A stretch of 64,000 nt of DNA, from positions 169,200,001 to 169,264,000 of the forward strand of contig NC_086097.1 in assembly GCF_963921235.1 (NCBI RefSeq), given 5' to 3'. This DNA is from Mobula hypostoma (taxonomy: Eukaryota). How positions within the stretch are numbered: the first letter of the stretch is position 1; the number at the start of each line of letters is the position of its first letter. The position numbers and the translations under genes were made by a program. Below the pieces are notes generated by a model. That model was not told the origin of the DNA. It did no database searches and saw nothing but the letters and a program-made list of their open reading frames with translations. This document shows, piece by piece, positions 25,644 through 35,922 of the stretch.

Positions 25644-27836
25644 CATAGTGCAGCTAATTTTTTTGAAGGTGTTTCTTCCGCAGAATTCATTTTTGTTTAT
25701 GATAGACTGCTTGAAGCTGAAAACAAATATAATTTCAGACTACCTGCATCACGGTAGGAATTTGGAGAAAGAAGAAATTAACTTTTATTAAATATAATGT
25801 GTTACAGTGCTGATGCTTTGCAATAGCTCAACTAAGCTAAAAATGGTTTTTTGATTAATTTTATTTGTACTCTGTGGCTGAAGATTCTCGCTTAAGTATC
25901 CAACAATATTCAGCCAGCATTGATGGATTCCAGTTACCCAGATAGTGTTCCTCCATGACAGCAATGTCCTGGTGAAACTTTTCACCATGGTCGTCACTGA
26001 CAGTGCTAAGAGTTGCAGGGAAGTCGTCTAAATGGGAATGCAGAAAATGAATCTTTAGTGACATGTTTTACTTCATGGTTTTGTATGCTTGAAGTATGTT
26101 GCCAACCAGCTGCATGTAGATTGGTGCTCTGTAGTTGCCAAGAAAATTGTCAACAACATCCTTTTAATGCCTTCCATGCAATTTTCTCTGGACCCACTAG
26201 AAGTTCTTTGAATTGCCTGTCATTGATGACCTGTTTGATTTGTGGACCAACAAAGATGTCTTCTTAATCTTGGCATCAGTTATTCTGGGAAACATCTGTC
26301 TCAAACATCAAAATCCTTCACGGAAATTTTTGGACCTGGTGGCTACAGATTCCATCCTTGCAGTCTTTGTTGTGACTGTGAACAAAGTCATTGGAGAGAC
26401 ACTGAAGCTAGTGGAAATAGAAGCCTTTATTCAGCAAAAATGAGCAACAGACACCACGTTTGAGAGACACTTTGAAGAAGAGACCTGTCTGACCCAGGAT
26501 TACACATTTTTATATGCTTAAGATCAAAGATAACATCAGGACAATTCTATAGTTACATTGTATTTACAATGCTTCCTTTGAATTACTTATAATTGTCAAA
26601 CACCTCTTTCTTCTTACCCACACTCCAGACACCCAAAATGAATATTGATCAGTACTGCCTCTCTTTCTGGATTCATGCATGTGCATACATTAGGTGAATG
26701 GGTGTTTCCTGGTTTGCAATCAACCCCAGTCTGTGGTTCTAGGAAAACTAATGTTCAGAGCTGTATGTTAAATTCAGTCTATTATCCACATTCACATCTG
26801 AAGACTGGTTGCTGTTGATATTAATATTTGCTTTGTACCCTAACTCCAGAATATGCACTAACAGTCTTGAAGCTAGAGATTCTGGTGCTGCCTTTGACAA
26901 ACCTGAGTCTCTGACCAAGTCATTTAACTCAGATTGAGTTATCAGAGAGGGTCACTCAACATAAAGGGTTCAAAATCTGTATCAGTGTCTGTGTCATTTT
27001 CAATTCTTGGCTTGTGCATCATGGCATCTTCATCTGCCTCCTCTAGACTCAATGTCTCTGGTGGCTTCAGTACTGGAAGACGATCATCATGGGGCACAGG
27101 TCTCATGGCTGAAGGCAGACTGGGAGAATCAATGGATTTCTTGTTTTTAGCAGAGAAACCAGACACACTGGTCAGACAGAAGTAGCAGTCTCTCGTTATC
27201 CTCCTGTCTCACCATATCATCAGGACTGTGAATGGCATTGACTTCCGAGTACCTCTGAGCCAGGCTCTAAGATCAACAGTGCATGTTGAGCAACAAATGT
27301 GAGGAGCCCAGGCTTCATCTGGTCACCAATGTTACACCCAAAGTACAGTTCATAGGTTTTTCTTAATAACAGGAGTCATGCTCTGTCTGAGATTTAAACG
27401 TATACTCACCACAAATATAACAGAAAATATCGCAACTATTACAATATTGCTCAGAAATTTTGCTACCACAAATACTCCTGAAAATACAATTACTTTATTA
27501 TAATGAATAAGCACAATATGCATCACAAACCTATATACACGTAAATGCGATGCATAGAACAGTGTGTGCTTGATGCTTTTATAGCCTTTCTAAAACCTGT
27601 CCTGCCATGCAACATTTGACCTGCCTAAGCCTGCCTGGACAAGATAGAAAACATTTCAGCTTACGTTGTAGGCAACATTTTAATTGCCTTCAATTATAAA
27701 TTGAAATAACGTATATAGGCAATATCAGAAAAATAGTGCATGATAGGGAAATTTCATGGTGATTTTCATGATCAGCAGCTCAAAATCCATCAAGGTGTAT
27801 CCAAAAGTATTCAGGAAGCAAAATCTTTGTTGCTAC
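25644..27836 (-). mobile_element. Chapaev3-type (CMC) DNA transposon, decayed
   Basis: MSLKIHFLHSHLDDFP...SDDHGEKFHQDI...YLGNWNPSMLAEYCW C-terminal motif; N-terminal WAPHICC and DCYFCL remnants; PSAMRPVPH motif. Termini degenerate, so boundaries are approximate. Confidence 0.75.
26368..26863 (-). mobile_element. Solo LTR (496 bp) inserted in the Chapaev3 element
   Basis: TGTTGTG...CACTAACA termini; perfect 5-bp TSD GTCTT (26363-26367 and 26864-26868); TATAAAA followed by AATAAA on the minus strand. Confidence 0.8.
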
Positions 27837-28131
27837 TGTTATGTAAAATTTAAGTTAATTTTTGTTTGTAATGTACTAAGCTGCTACAGCAAATAGCTAA
27901 AGTTTATGGCATTTATACCCTATGTATATAAGCATATGATAATACATTTGAATCGCTTTCTACTTACTTGCATGCTGTTTAAATTTATTCACTCATCTAC
28001 TTTCATCATCTTGTACTGCAATTGTTGAAATGTACATCTTCCTACAGTTAGTTTCTCCCTCCACTCCCCAACAATAATTTCTAGATGAATCAAGACTGCA
28101 TGAATCTGCAACTTATATAATTTGCTCTTAC

Positions 28132-28251
28132 CACACCATGAAGTTGAAATTGAATTGTGTATTTAATGTGTGGCTGTGCTGACAAACGATATTCCAGATC
28201 CCAGAGCTGAACATATTTGCCCCTACCTCGAGGCATAAATGTTAGCGGCAA
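28132..28251 (-). CDS. CEP192: CEP192-like exon (120 nt)
   Basis: ctcctgcag|TTG...GTG|gtaaga; LPLTFMPRGRGKYVQLWDLEYRLSAQPHIKYTIQFQLHGV, similar to ITFLPRGRGDYAQFWDVEC. Confidence 0.92.
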
Positions 28252-28799
28252 CTGCAGGAGATAATACAAAAGTTGTTTCAATAGAAGAAAATTTAATCAA
28301 GTAATATGGGATCTCAATGTCACCCCCTTACCATGAAACATTCACAGATAAATTACATTGGTAAAATGGTACATTTCATTTACCCTTTTCTCCCCAATAC
28401 TGTAATGGCTATCCTTGCCCTTCACCATTACATGCTTGTGTTGGCGATGACCCTGCGAAACTGGAGACTTGAACCCGGGCAGGGTGTGCTGTACGTTGCA
28501 CATTCAAACAAGTTGATTCTGTTGGGGCTATTCCCACTTGATATTTAAATTCTTTTTTCACAAACTAACCACTCTGTCTTCTTGCATCTGTCACTTTGTT
28601 CCAGTGAGCTCAGTTTTCACTCTACTACTCCTTCCCTAATGTATGCTGGGCCTTAAGTAATTACTTCCTAGAGCATTATGCAGAATTGATTCCTCCCTTC
28701 CACCCCAAGACAATACGTATGATAATAACCATTTGTATTACTCAAGAAAGTGAACTCCATATTTTGAGACATTGTACCTTCTGAAATTGTGACAATTTC

Positions 28800-28985
28800 A
28801 GGAGGCACAATGGTACTGCTGACTGAGACACGGCCTCACAGCTCCAGTGGCCCAGGTTTGATCCCACAGTGTCGTCTGTTGATTTTGTACATTCTCCCTG
28901 TCACCACATGGGTTTCCCACCCCACCCCCACTCCAAGCTGATCTGCTTTCCTCCTGCATCCCAAAGACCTGTGGATTGGCTACCT
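28800..28985 (+). mobile_element. tRNA-derived SINE
   Basis: B-box-like GGTTTGATCCC and core TTTGTACATTCTCCCTGTCACCACATGGGTTTCC. Confidence 0.65.
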
Positions 28986-29320
28986 CTATATAGATGAGTG
29001 ACATAATACAACCATGGGAAGTGGAAGCTATTGTAAAAGCAAAAGACAGGGCATACAACAAAGCAAAAATTTGTGGGAAGATAGAGGATTGGGAAGTTTT
29101 TAAAAACCTACAGACAGCAGCTAATAATATCATTAGAAGGGAAAAGATGAAATATGAAAGCAAGCTAGCAAATAATATCAAAGTAGATAGTAGAAGTATG
29201 TTAAAAATAAAAGAGAAATGAGAGTGGATATAGGGCCGCAAGAAAATGAGGCAGGAGAAATAATAACGGGGAACAAAGAGAATCCCCCATCAGGAAGGTC
29301 TCAAAGCTCTACGCTTCTTT

Positions 29321-30616
29321 TTGGATTCCAGACCTAATCAGTTCCCCTCTACCACCACTCTGCTCCGTCTAGCGGAATTAGTCCTTACTCTTAATAATTT
29401 CTCCTTTTGCTCCTCCCATTTCCTCCAAACTAAAGGTGCAGCTATGGGCACCCGTATGGGTCCTAGCTATGCCTGCCTTTTTGTTGCGTTTGTGGAACAA
29501 TCTATGTTCTGTGCCTATTCTGGTATCTGTCCCCCACTTTTCCTTCGCTACATCGACGACTGCATTGGCGCTGCTTCCTGCACGCATGCAGAACTCGTTG
29601 ACTTTATTAACTTTGCCTCCAACTTTCACCCTGCCCTCAAGTTTACCTGGTCCATTTCCGACACCTCCCTCCCCTTTCTAGATCTTTCTGTCTCTGTCTC
29701 TGGAGACAGCTTATCCACTGATGTCTACTATAAGCCTACTGACTTTCACAGCTATCTGGACTATTCCTCTTCTCACCCTGTCTCTTGCAAAAACGCCATC
29801 CCCTTCTCACAATTCCTCCGTCTCCGCCGCATCTGCTCTCAGGATGAGGCTTTTCATTCTAGGACGAGGGAGATGTCTTCATTTTTTAAAGAAAGGGGCT
29901 TCCCTTCCTCCACTATCAACTCTGCTCTTAAACGCATCTCCCCCATTTCACGTACATCTGCTCTCACTCCATCCTCCCACCACCCCACTAGGAATAGGGT
30001 TCCCCTGGTCCTCACCTACCACCCCACCAGCCTCCGGGTCCAACATATTATTCTCCGTAACTTCCGCCACCTCCAACGGGATCCCACCACTAAGCACATC
30101 TTTCCCTCCCCACCTCTCTCTGCATTCCGCAGGGATCGCTCCCTACACAACTCCCTTGTCCATTCGTCCCCCCCATCCCTCCCCACTGATCTCCCTCCTG
30201 GCACTTATCCGTGTAAGCGGAACAAGAGCTACACATGCCCTTACACTTCCTCCCTTACCACCATTCAGGGCCCCAAACAGTCCTTCCAGGTGAGGCATCA
30301 CTTCACCTGTGAGTCGACTGGGGTGATATACTGCGTCCGGTGCTCCCGATGTGGCCTTTTATATATTGGTGAGACCCGACGCAGACTGGGAGACCGCTTT
30401 GCTGAACATCTACGCTCTGTCCGCCAGAGAAAGCAGGATCTCCCAGTGGCCACACATTTTAATTCCACATCCCATTCCCATTCTGACATGTCTATCCACG
30501 GCCTCCTCTACTGTAAAGATGAAGCCACACTCAGGTTGGAGGAACAACACCTTATATTCCGTCTGGGTAGCCTCCAACCTGATGGCATGAACATTGACTT
30601 CTCTAACTTCCGCTAG
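29321..30616 (+). CDS. Penelope RT (C-terminal half), thumb and GIY-YIG endonuclease; partial
   Basis: 431-aa uninterrupted ORF in the supplied track; N-terminus missing because of 5' truncation. Confidence 0.9.
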   Translation: MDSRPNQFPSTTTLLRLAELVLTLNNFSFCSSHFLQTKGAAMGTRMGPSYACLFVAFVEQSMFCAYSGICPPLFLRYIDDCIGAASCTHAELVDFINFASNFHPALKFTWSISDTSLPFLDLSVSVSGDSLSTDVYYKPTDFHSYLDYSSSHPVSCKNAIPFSQFLRLRRICSQDEAFHSRTREMSSFFKERGFPSSTINSALKRISPISRTSALTPSSHHPTRNRVPLVLTYHPTSLRVQHIILRNFRHLQRDPTTKHIFPSPPLSAFRRDRSLHNSLVHSSPPSLPTDLPPGTYPCKRNKSYTCPYTSSLTTIQGPKQSFQVRHHFTCESTGVIYCVRCSRCGLLYIGETRRRLGDRFAEHLRSVRQRKQDLPVATHFNSTSHSHSDMSIHGLLYCKDEATLRLEEQHLIFRLGSLQPDGMNIDFSNFR

Positions 30617-30910
30617 GCCCCACCTCCCCCTCGTACCCCATCTGTTACTCATTTTTATGCACACATTCTTTCTCTCACTCTCCTTTTTCTCCCTCTGTCC
30701 CTCTGAATATACCTCTTGCCCATCCTCTGGGTCACCCACCCCCCGTCTTTCTTCCCGGACCTCCTGTCCCATGATCCTCTCGTATCCCCCTTTTGCCTAT
30801 CACCTGTCCAGCTCTCGGCTCCATCCCTCCCCCTCCTGTCTTCTCCTATCATTTTGCATCTCCTCCTCCCCCTCCAGCTTTCAAATCCCTTACTCACTCT
30901 TCCTTCAGTT

Positions 30911-30946
30911 AGGCCTGACGAAGGGTCTCGGCCTGAAACGTCGACT
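30911..30946 (+). ncRNA. Minimal type I hammerhead ribozyme motif (stem I mismatch)
   Basis: AGGC-CTGACGA-AGG gtctcgg CCT-GAAA-CG-TC-GACT; CUGANGA and GAAA cores intact. Confidence 0.75.
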
Positions 30947-33900
30947 GCGCCTCTTCCTATAGATGCTGCTTGGCCTGCTGCGTTCACCAGCAACTTTGAT
31001 GTGTGTTGCTTGAATTTCCAGCATCTGCAGAATTCCTGTTGTTTGATGAACTAGATGATTATTTTGCATCAGTCTTCACTGTGGAAGATACTAGCAGTAT
31101 GCCTGATGTTGTAGTGTGTGAAGGAAGAGAAGTGGATGCAGTTACTGTAACAAGAGAGAAGGTGCTCAAAAAGCTGAAAGACCTAAAGCTATATATGTCA
31201 CCTGGACCAGATGAACTGCACCTAGGGTTTTGAAAGATGTAGTGTTAGAGATTGTGGAGGCATTAGAAATGATCTTTCAAAAATCATTGGACTCTGGCAG
31301 GGTGCCAAAGGACTGGAACATTTGCAACATTACTACACTCCTTAAGAAAGGAGGAAGGTAGCAGAAAGTAAATTATAGACCAGTTAGCCTGACCTCAGTG
31401 GTTGGGAAGATATTAAGAGTCAATTATTAAGGATGAGGTGATGGTGTACTTGGTGACACAGTCAGCATAGCTTCCTTCAGCGAAAATTCTGCCTGACAAA
31501 CCTGTTGGAATTCTTTGAGGAGAATTCCAAGATAAAGGCGATGCAGCAGATGTTGTATATTTGAACTTTCAGAAGGCCTTTGACAAGGTGCTACACATGA
31601 GGCTGCTTACCAAGTTAAGAGCCCATGGTATTACAGGAAAGTTACTAGCATGATTAGAATATTGGCTGACTGGTAGGAGGCAGCGAGTGGGAATAAAAGG
31701 ATCCTTCTCTGGTTGGCTCCACAGGGGTCTGTGTGGGGACCACTTCTATTTATGTTGTATATAAATCATTTAGATGATGGAATAGATGGCTTTGTTACCA
31801 AGTTTGCAGATGATACAAAGATTGGTGGAGGGGCAGGTAGTGTTGAGGAAACAGGTAGGATGAAGAAGGACTTAGACAGATTAGGAGACTGGGCAAGAAA
31901 GTGGCAAATGAAACATAATGTTGGAAAATGCATGGTCATGCACTTTGGTAGTAGAAATAAATGTGCAGACTATTTTCTAAACAGGGAGAAAGTCCAGGAA
32001 TCTGAGATGCAGAGAGACTTGAGAGTCCTTGTGGAGAACACCCTGAAGGTTAACTTGCGGGTTGAGTCAGTGGTGAGGAAGACAAATGCCATGTTAGCAT
32101 TCATTTCAAGAGGTCTAGAATACAAGAGCAAGGATGTGATGCTGAGGCTTTATAAGGCACTGGGTGAGGCCTCACATTGAGTACTGTGAAAATTTTGGGC
32201 CTCTCATCTTAGAAAAGATGTGCTGGCATTGGAGAGGATCCAGAGGAGGTCCACAAGAATGATTCCAGGAATGAAAGGGTTATTATACGAGGAACGTTTG
32301 ATGGCCCTGGGTCTGTACTCGCTGGAATTCAGAAGGATTGGGGGGTGGGAGGGGGATCTCATTGAAACGTTTTGAATGTTAAAAGTCCTAGACAGAGTAG
32401 ATGTGGAAAGGATGTTTCTTATGGTGGGAGAGTCTAGGACAAGAGGGCACAGCCTCAGGATAGAGGGGCTCCCTTTCAAAACAGAGATGCGGAGAAACTT
32501 CTTTAGCCAAAGTGTGGTGAATTTGCAGAATTTGTTGCCAAATGCAGCTGTGGAGGCCAGATCATTGGGTGTATTTAAGGCAGAGATTGATAAGTTCTTG
32601 ATTGGACATGGCATCAAAGCTTATGGGGAGAAGGCCAGGAACTGGGGTTGAGGAGGAGATAGGAAAAATGGACCAGCCATGATTGAATGGCAGAGCAGAC
32701 TTGGTGGACCAGGTGGCCTAATTCTGCTCCAATGTCTTATAGTCTTATAATCTGAGGGAAGTTGATGGGAATGTGGAGTGAATGGATGCCTGATGGGCCA
32801 AAGAGCCTGTTTATTTTCTGCATCTCTTTATGGCTCTATGAGGGTGTACATGATGACATAATTCTACATAACACTCCCTTATCAGAAATCTTGAGCTTTT
32901 TTCCCCCGAGGATACCCAAGTAAATCAGAACTCCAAAGTCAGATGAAATGGGACAAGGAGCATCAGAGTCTTATGTTTGGTTGGATTTAGATGAAAACAC
33001 AGGGTTTTTCCCAATCAGGGTGTAATGGGTGCCAGTGGTTTGAGGGATTGGCAGCCTTGTTAGTGCTTAGGACCTAAAAGGCAATTTTAGTCATCCTCAA
33101 CTAAGAATGTGGAAAACACTACAGGCCAAGCTGCAGATCTACTGAACATAGCCTTGGGAAGGTACACTGGATAGCACACTTTGAATCAATGAAAGTCAGT
33201 GCACAGTTTGTTAATTTCTCACTGCTGTATTCTTTGAAAGCACCCATTAATGTTAATTAGAATGTTTCAAGTTGCTTTCACAAAAGCAAGCACAAGGTAA
33301 ATGCTTATTTCCTCTGCCTTCAAGTTTCTGAATAGTCATGATCCCATGAACACCATCTCACTACAGTATGCCTCGTTTGCACTATTTATTTATATTTGTA
33401 TCCTAGAATAATTTTCATGTCCTGTACTGTACTACTGCCACAAAATGAAAAGAAACACAATGTCAGTGATAATAAATCTGATCTTAAGAGTCAGAGCAGG
33501 CCCTTCAGCCCATCTAAACACTTACTCTTATTCTTCACGGTCCCATCGACCCACACCTGGACCATAGCCCGCCATAACCCTTGCATCCAAACTTCTCGAG
33601 TGTTGCAGTCAAACCAACAAACACCACTTCCATTGGCAGCTCGTTCCACACTTGCATCAGCCTAAATGAAGAAGCTCCTCTCAGGTTCCTCTTAAATATT
33701 TCACCTTTCACACTTAACCTATGACCTCTAGTTCCAGTCTCACCCAACCTCAGTGGAAAAGGCCTGCTTCTGTTTACCCTGTCTACACTCAATTTTGGAG
33801 ACCTCTATCAAATCTCTGCACACTCTCCTACACTCCAGGGAACAAAGTCCTAACCCATTCAACCTTTCCCTATAATTCAGGACTTCAAGTACAGGCAACA

Positions 33901-34107
33901 TCCTTGTAAATGTTACTTGTACTCTTATCAATCTTATTGATACCTTTCCTGTAGGTAGGAGACCAGCACTGCACCCAATGCTCCAAATTTGCTTTCACCA
34001 ATGTCTTACACAACTTCAACATAACATTCCAACTCCTATACTCAATAACACACATCAAAGTTGCTGGTGAACGCAGCAGGCCAGGCAGCATCTCTAGGAA
34101 GAGGTAC

Positions 34108-34143
34108 AGTCGACGTTTCAGGCCGAGACCCTTCGTCAGGACT
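34108..34143 (-). ncRNA. Minimal type I hammerhead ribozyme motif
   Basis: AGTC-CTGACGA-AGG gtctcgg CCT-GAAA-CG-TC-GACT; full consensus. Confidence 0.82.
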
Positions 34144-34663
34144 AACTGAAGGAAGAGTGAGTAAGGGATTTGAAAGCTGGAGGGGGAGGGGGAGATGCAA
34201 AATGATAGGAGAAGACAGGAGGGGGAGGGATAGAGCCGAGAGCTGGACAGGTGATAGGCAAAAGGGGATACGAGAGGATCATAGGACAGGAGGTCCGGGA
34301 AGAAAGACGGGGGGGGGGGTGACCCAGAGGATGGGCAAGAGGTATATTCAGAGGGACAGAGGGAGAAAAAGGAGAGTGAGAGAAAGAATGTGTGCATAAA
34401 AATGAGTAACAGATGGGGTACGAGGGGGAGGTGGGGCCTAGCGGAAGTTAGAGAAGTCAATGTTCATGCCATCAGGTTGGAGGCTACCCAGACGGAATAT
34501 AAGGTGTTGTTCCTCCAACCTGAGTGTGGCTTCATCTTTACAGTAGAGGAGGACGTGGATAGACATGTCAGAATGGGAATGGGATGTGGAATTAAAATGT
34601 GTGGCCACTGGGAGATCCTGCTTTCTCCAGCTTTCAAATCCCTTACTCACTCTTCCTTCAGTT

Positions 34664-34699
34664 AGTCCTGACGAAGGGTCTCGGCCTGAAATGTCGACT
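34664..34699 (+). ncRNA. Hammerhead motif with C>T in stem III
   Basis: AGTCCTGACGAAGGGTCTCGGCCTGAAATGTCGACT. Confidence 0.7.
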
Positions 34700-35054
34700 G
34701 CACCTCTTCCTAGAGATGCTGCCTGGCCTGCTGCGTTCACCAGCAACTTTGATGTGTTTTGCTTGAATTTCCAGCATCTGCAGAATTCCTGTTGTTTCCT
34801 ATACTCAATACTTTGATTTATGATGACTAATGTGCCAAATCCCATCTACCTGTGACACCCCTATCAAGGAATTATGGATCTGAATTATTCAGTGTTCTAC
34901 CATTCATTGTGTAAATGCTACCCTGGTTTGTCCTCCCAAAGTGCAACACTTCACAATTGTCTGTATTATATTTTATCTGCCATTTCAAACCATTTTTCCA
35001 GCTAATACAGATTCTGAAAAAAAAACACACATTAGTATTGAAATGAGACCTTAC

Positions 35055-35150
35055 CTCCTCTTTACTATGTCCTTGCAGTATTCCAAACAAGCTAGAGCAT
35101 TTGAAGACTTGATAAAATGCTCTGTAGGTATCTCCTTTCCAATCCAACCA
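35055..35150 (-). CDS. CEP192: CEP192-like exon (96 nt)
   Basis: cctgacag|TGG...GAG|gtaagg; WLDWKGDTYRAFYQVFKCSSLFGILQGHSKEE, similar to GVDESGDVFRATYAAFRCSPISGLLESHG; phase 0 to 0. Confidence 0.88.
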
Positions 35151-35284
35151 CTGTCAGGTAGATGAAATAAGTGAACATTGTTAAAGAAAACTGACGCACA
35201 AAAAAGACTTTATCTCAAATCATTAATTCGATAGCAGTCCTCCAAATTAAGTGTATTTTATTTACAAAGGAAGTACAACAGCAC

Positions 35285-35922
35285 CATTACCACCTCAGGA
35301 GTTGGCAAAGATTGGGCATGACATCTAAAGCTCTGACAAACTTCTACAGATGTGTGGTGGAGAGTATATTGACCTGCTGCATCACAGCCAGGTATGGAAA
35401 CGCCAATGCCTTTGAACAGAAAATCCTACAAAAATAGGAGATATGGCCCAGTCCATCACAGATAATGCCCTCCCACCACTGAGCGCTGTTGCAGGAAAGC
35501 AGCATCCATCTTCAGAGACCCCGACCTCCCAGTAATGCTCTCTTCTTACTACTGCCACTTGAAAGGCACTGGAACCTCAGAACTCACACAACCAGGCTCA
35601 GGAACAGTTATTACCCCTCAAACATCAGGCTCCTGAACCAGAGGAAATAACTTCACTCAACTTCACTTGCCCCATCATTGAAATGTTCTCACACCCTATG
35701 GACTCATTTTCAAGGACTTTTCATCTCATGTTCTCAATATTTATTGCTCATTTATTATCACTACTACTAGTAGTTCTTTTTTCTTTTTGTATTTACAAAG
35801 TTTGGTTTTTGCACACTGGCTATCTGTACTGTTGGTGCAGTTTTCCATTGATTTTATTATGGTTATTGGATTTATTGAATATGCCTGCAAAAATGAAACT
35901 CAGGGTTGTATATGGTGACATA
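35285..35922 (+). mobile_element. Rex1/Babar-like LINE 3' end whose tail hosts the CR1 nest (resumes at 40268-40279 and 46470-46495)
   Basis: LTNFYRCVVESIL-type C-terminus; 3' UTR ...GTATATGGTGACATA continues as CATGTA and then CTTTGATAATAAA after the insertions. Confidence 0.75.

Larger units (their letters stand above)
29281..31045 (+). mobile_element. Penelope-like element copy 1 (5'-truncated, young)
   Basis: Open frame with RT motifs GAAMGTRMGPSYA, LRYIDD, LPFLDL and GIY-YIG endonuclease GVIYCVRCSRCGLLYIGET; pyrimidine-rich 3' UTR with hammerhead and terminal tail. Confidence 0.95.
28994..32750 (+). mobile_element. 5'-truncated CR1 LINE interrupted by a Penelope-like element at 29281-31045
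   Basis: PW...KAK...EDWE linker, resumes DELDDYFASVFT; PQGSV, KFADDTK, TRGHSLRI; CTTATAGT-type tail. Confidence 0.92.
34048..34796 (-). mobile_element. Penelope-like element copy 2 (inverted structure)
   Basis: Minus arm (endonuclease C-terminus plus 3' UTR) to about 34626, then a plus-strand pseudo-LTR piece; 14-bp TSD TCCTATACTCAATA (34034-34047 and 34797-34810). Confidence 0.93.
33490..35010 (-). mobile_element. Degraded CR1 3' fragment interrupted by Penelope copy 2
   Basis: TRGHRL, FTRMLP, CEVLHFGRTN motifs. Confidence 0.85.

Noticed and set aside
29378..31054. Many overlapping alternative-frame and antisense ORFs in Penelope copies (e.g. MSTISLL..., MLVNAAGQAAS..., MSEWEWDVEL...)
   Set aside because: Shadows of a C/T-skewed element with few stop codons; they recur only because the element is repeated.
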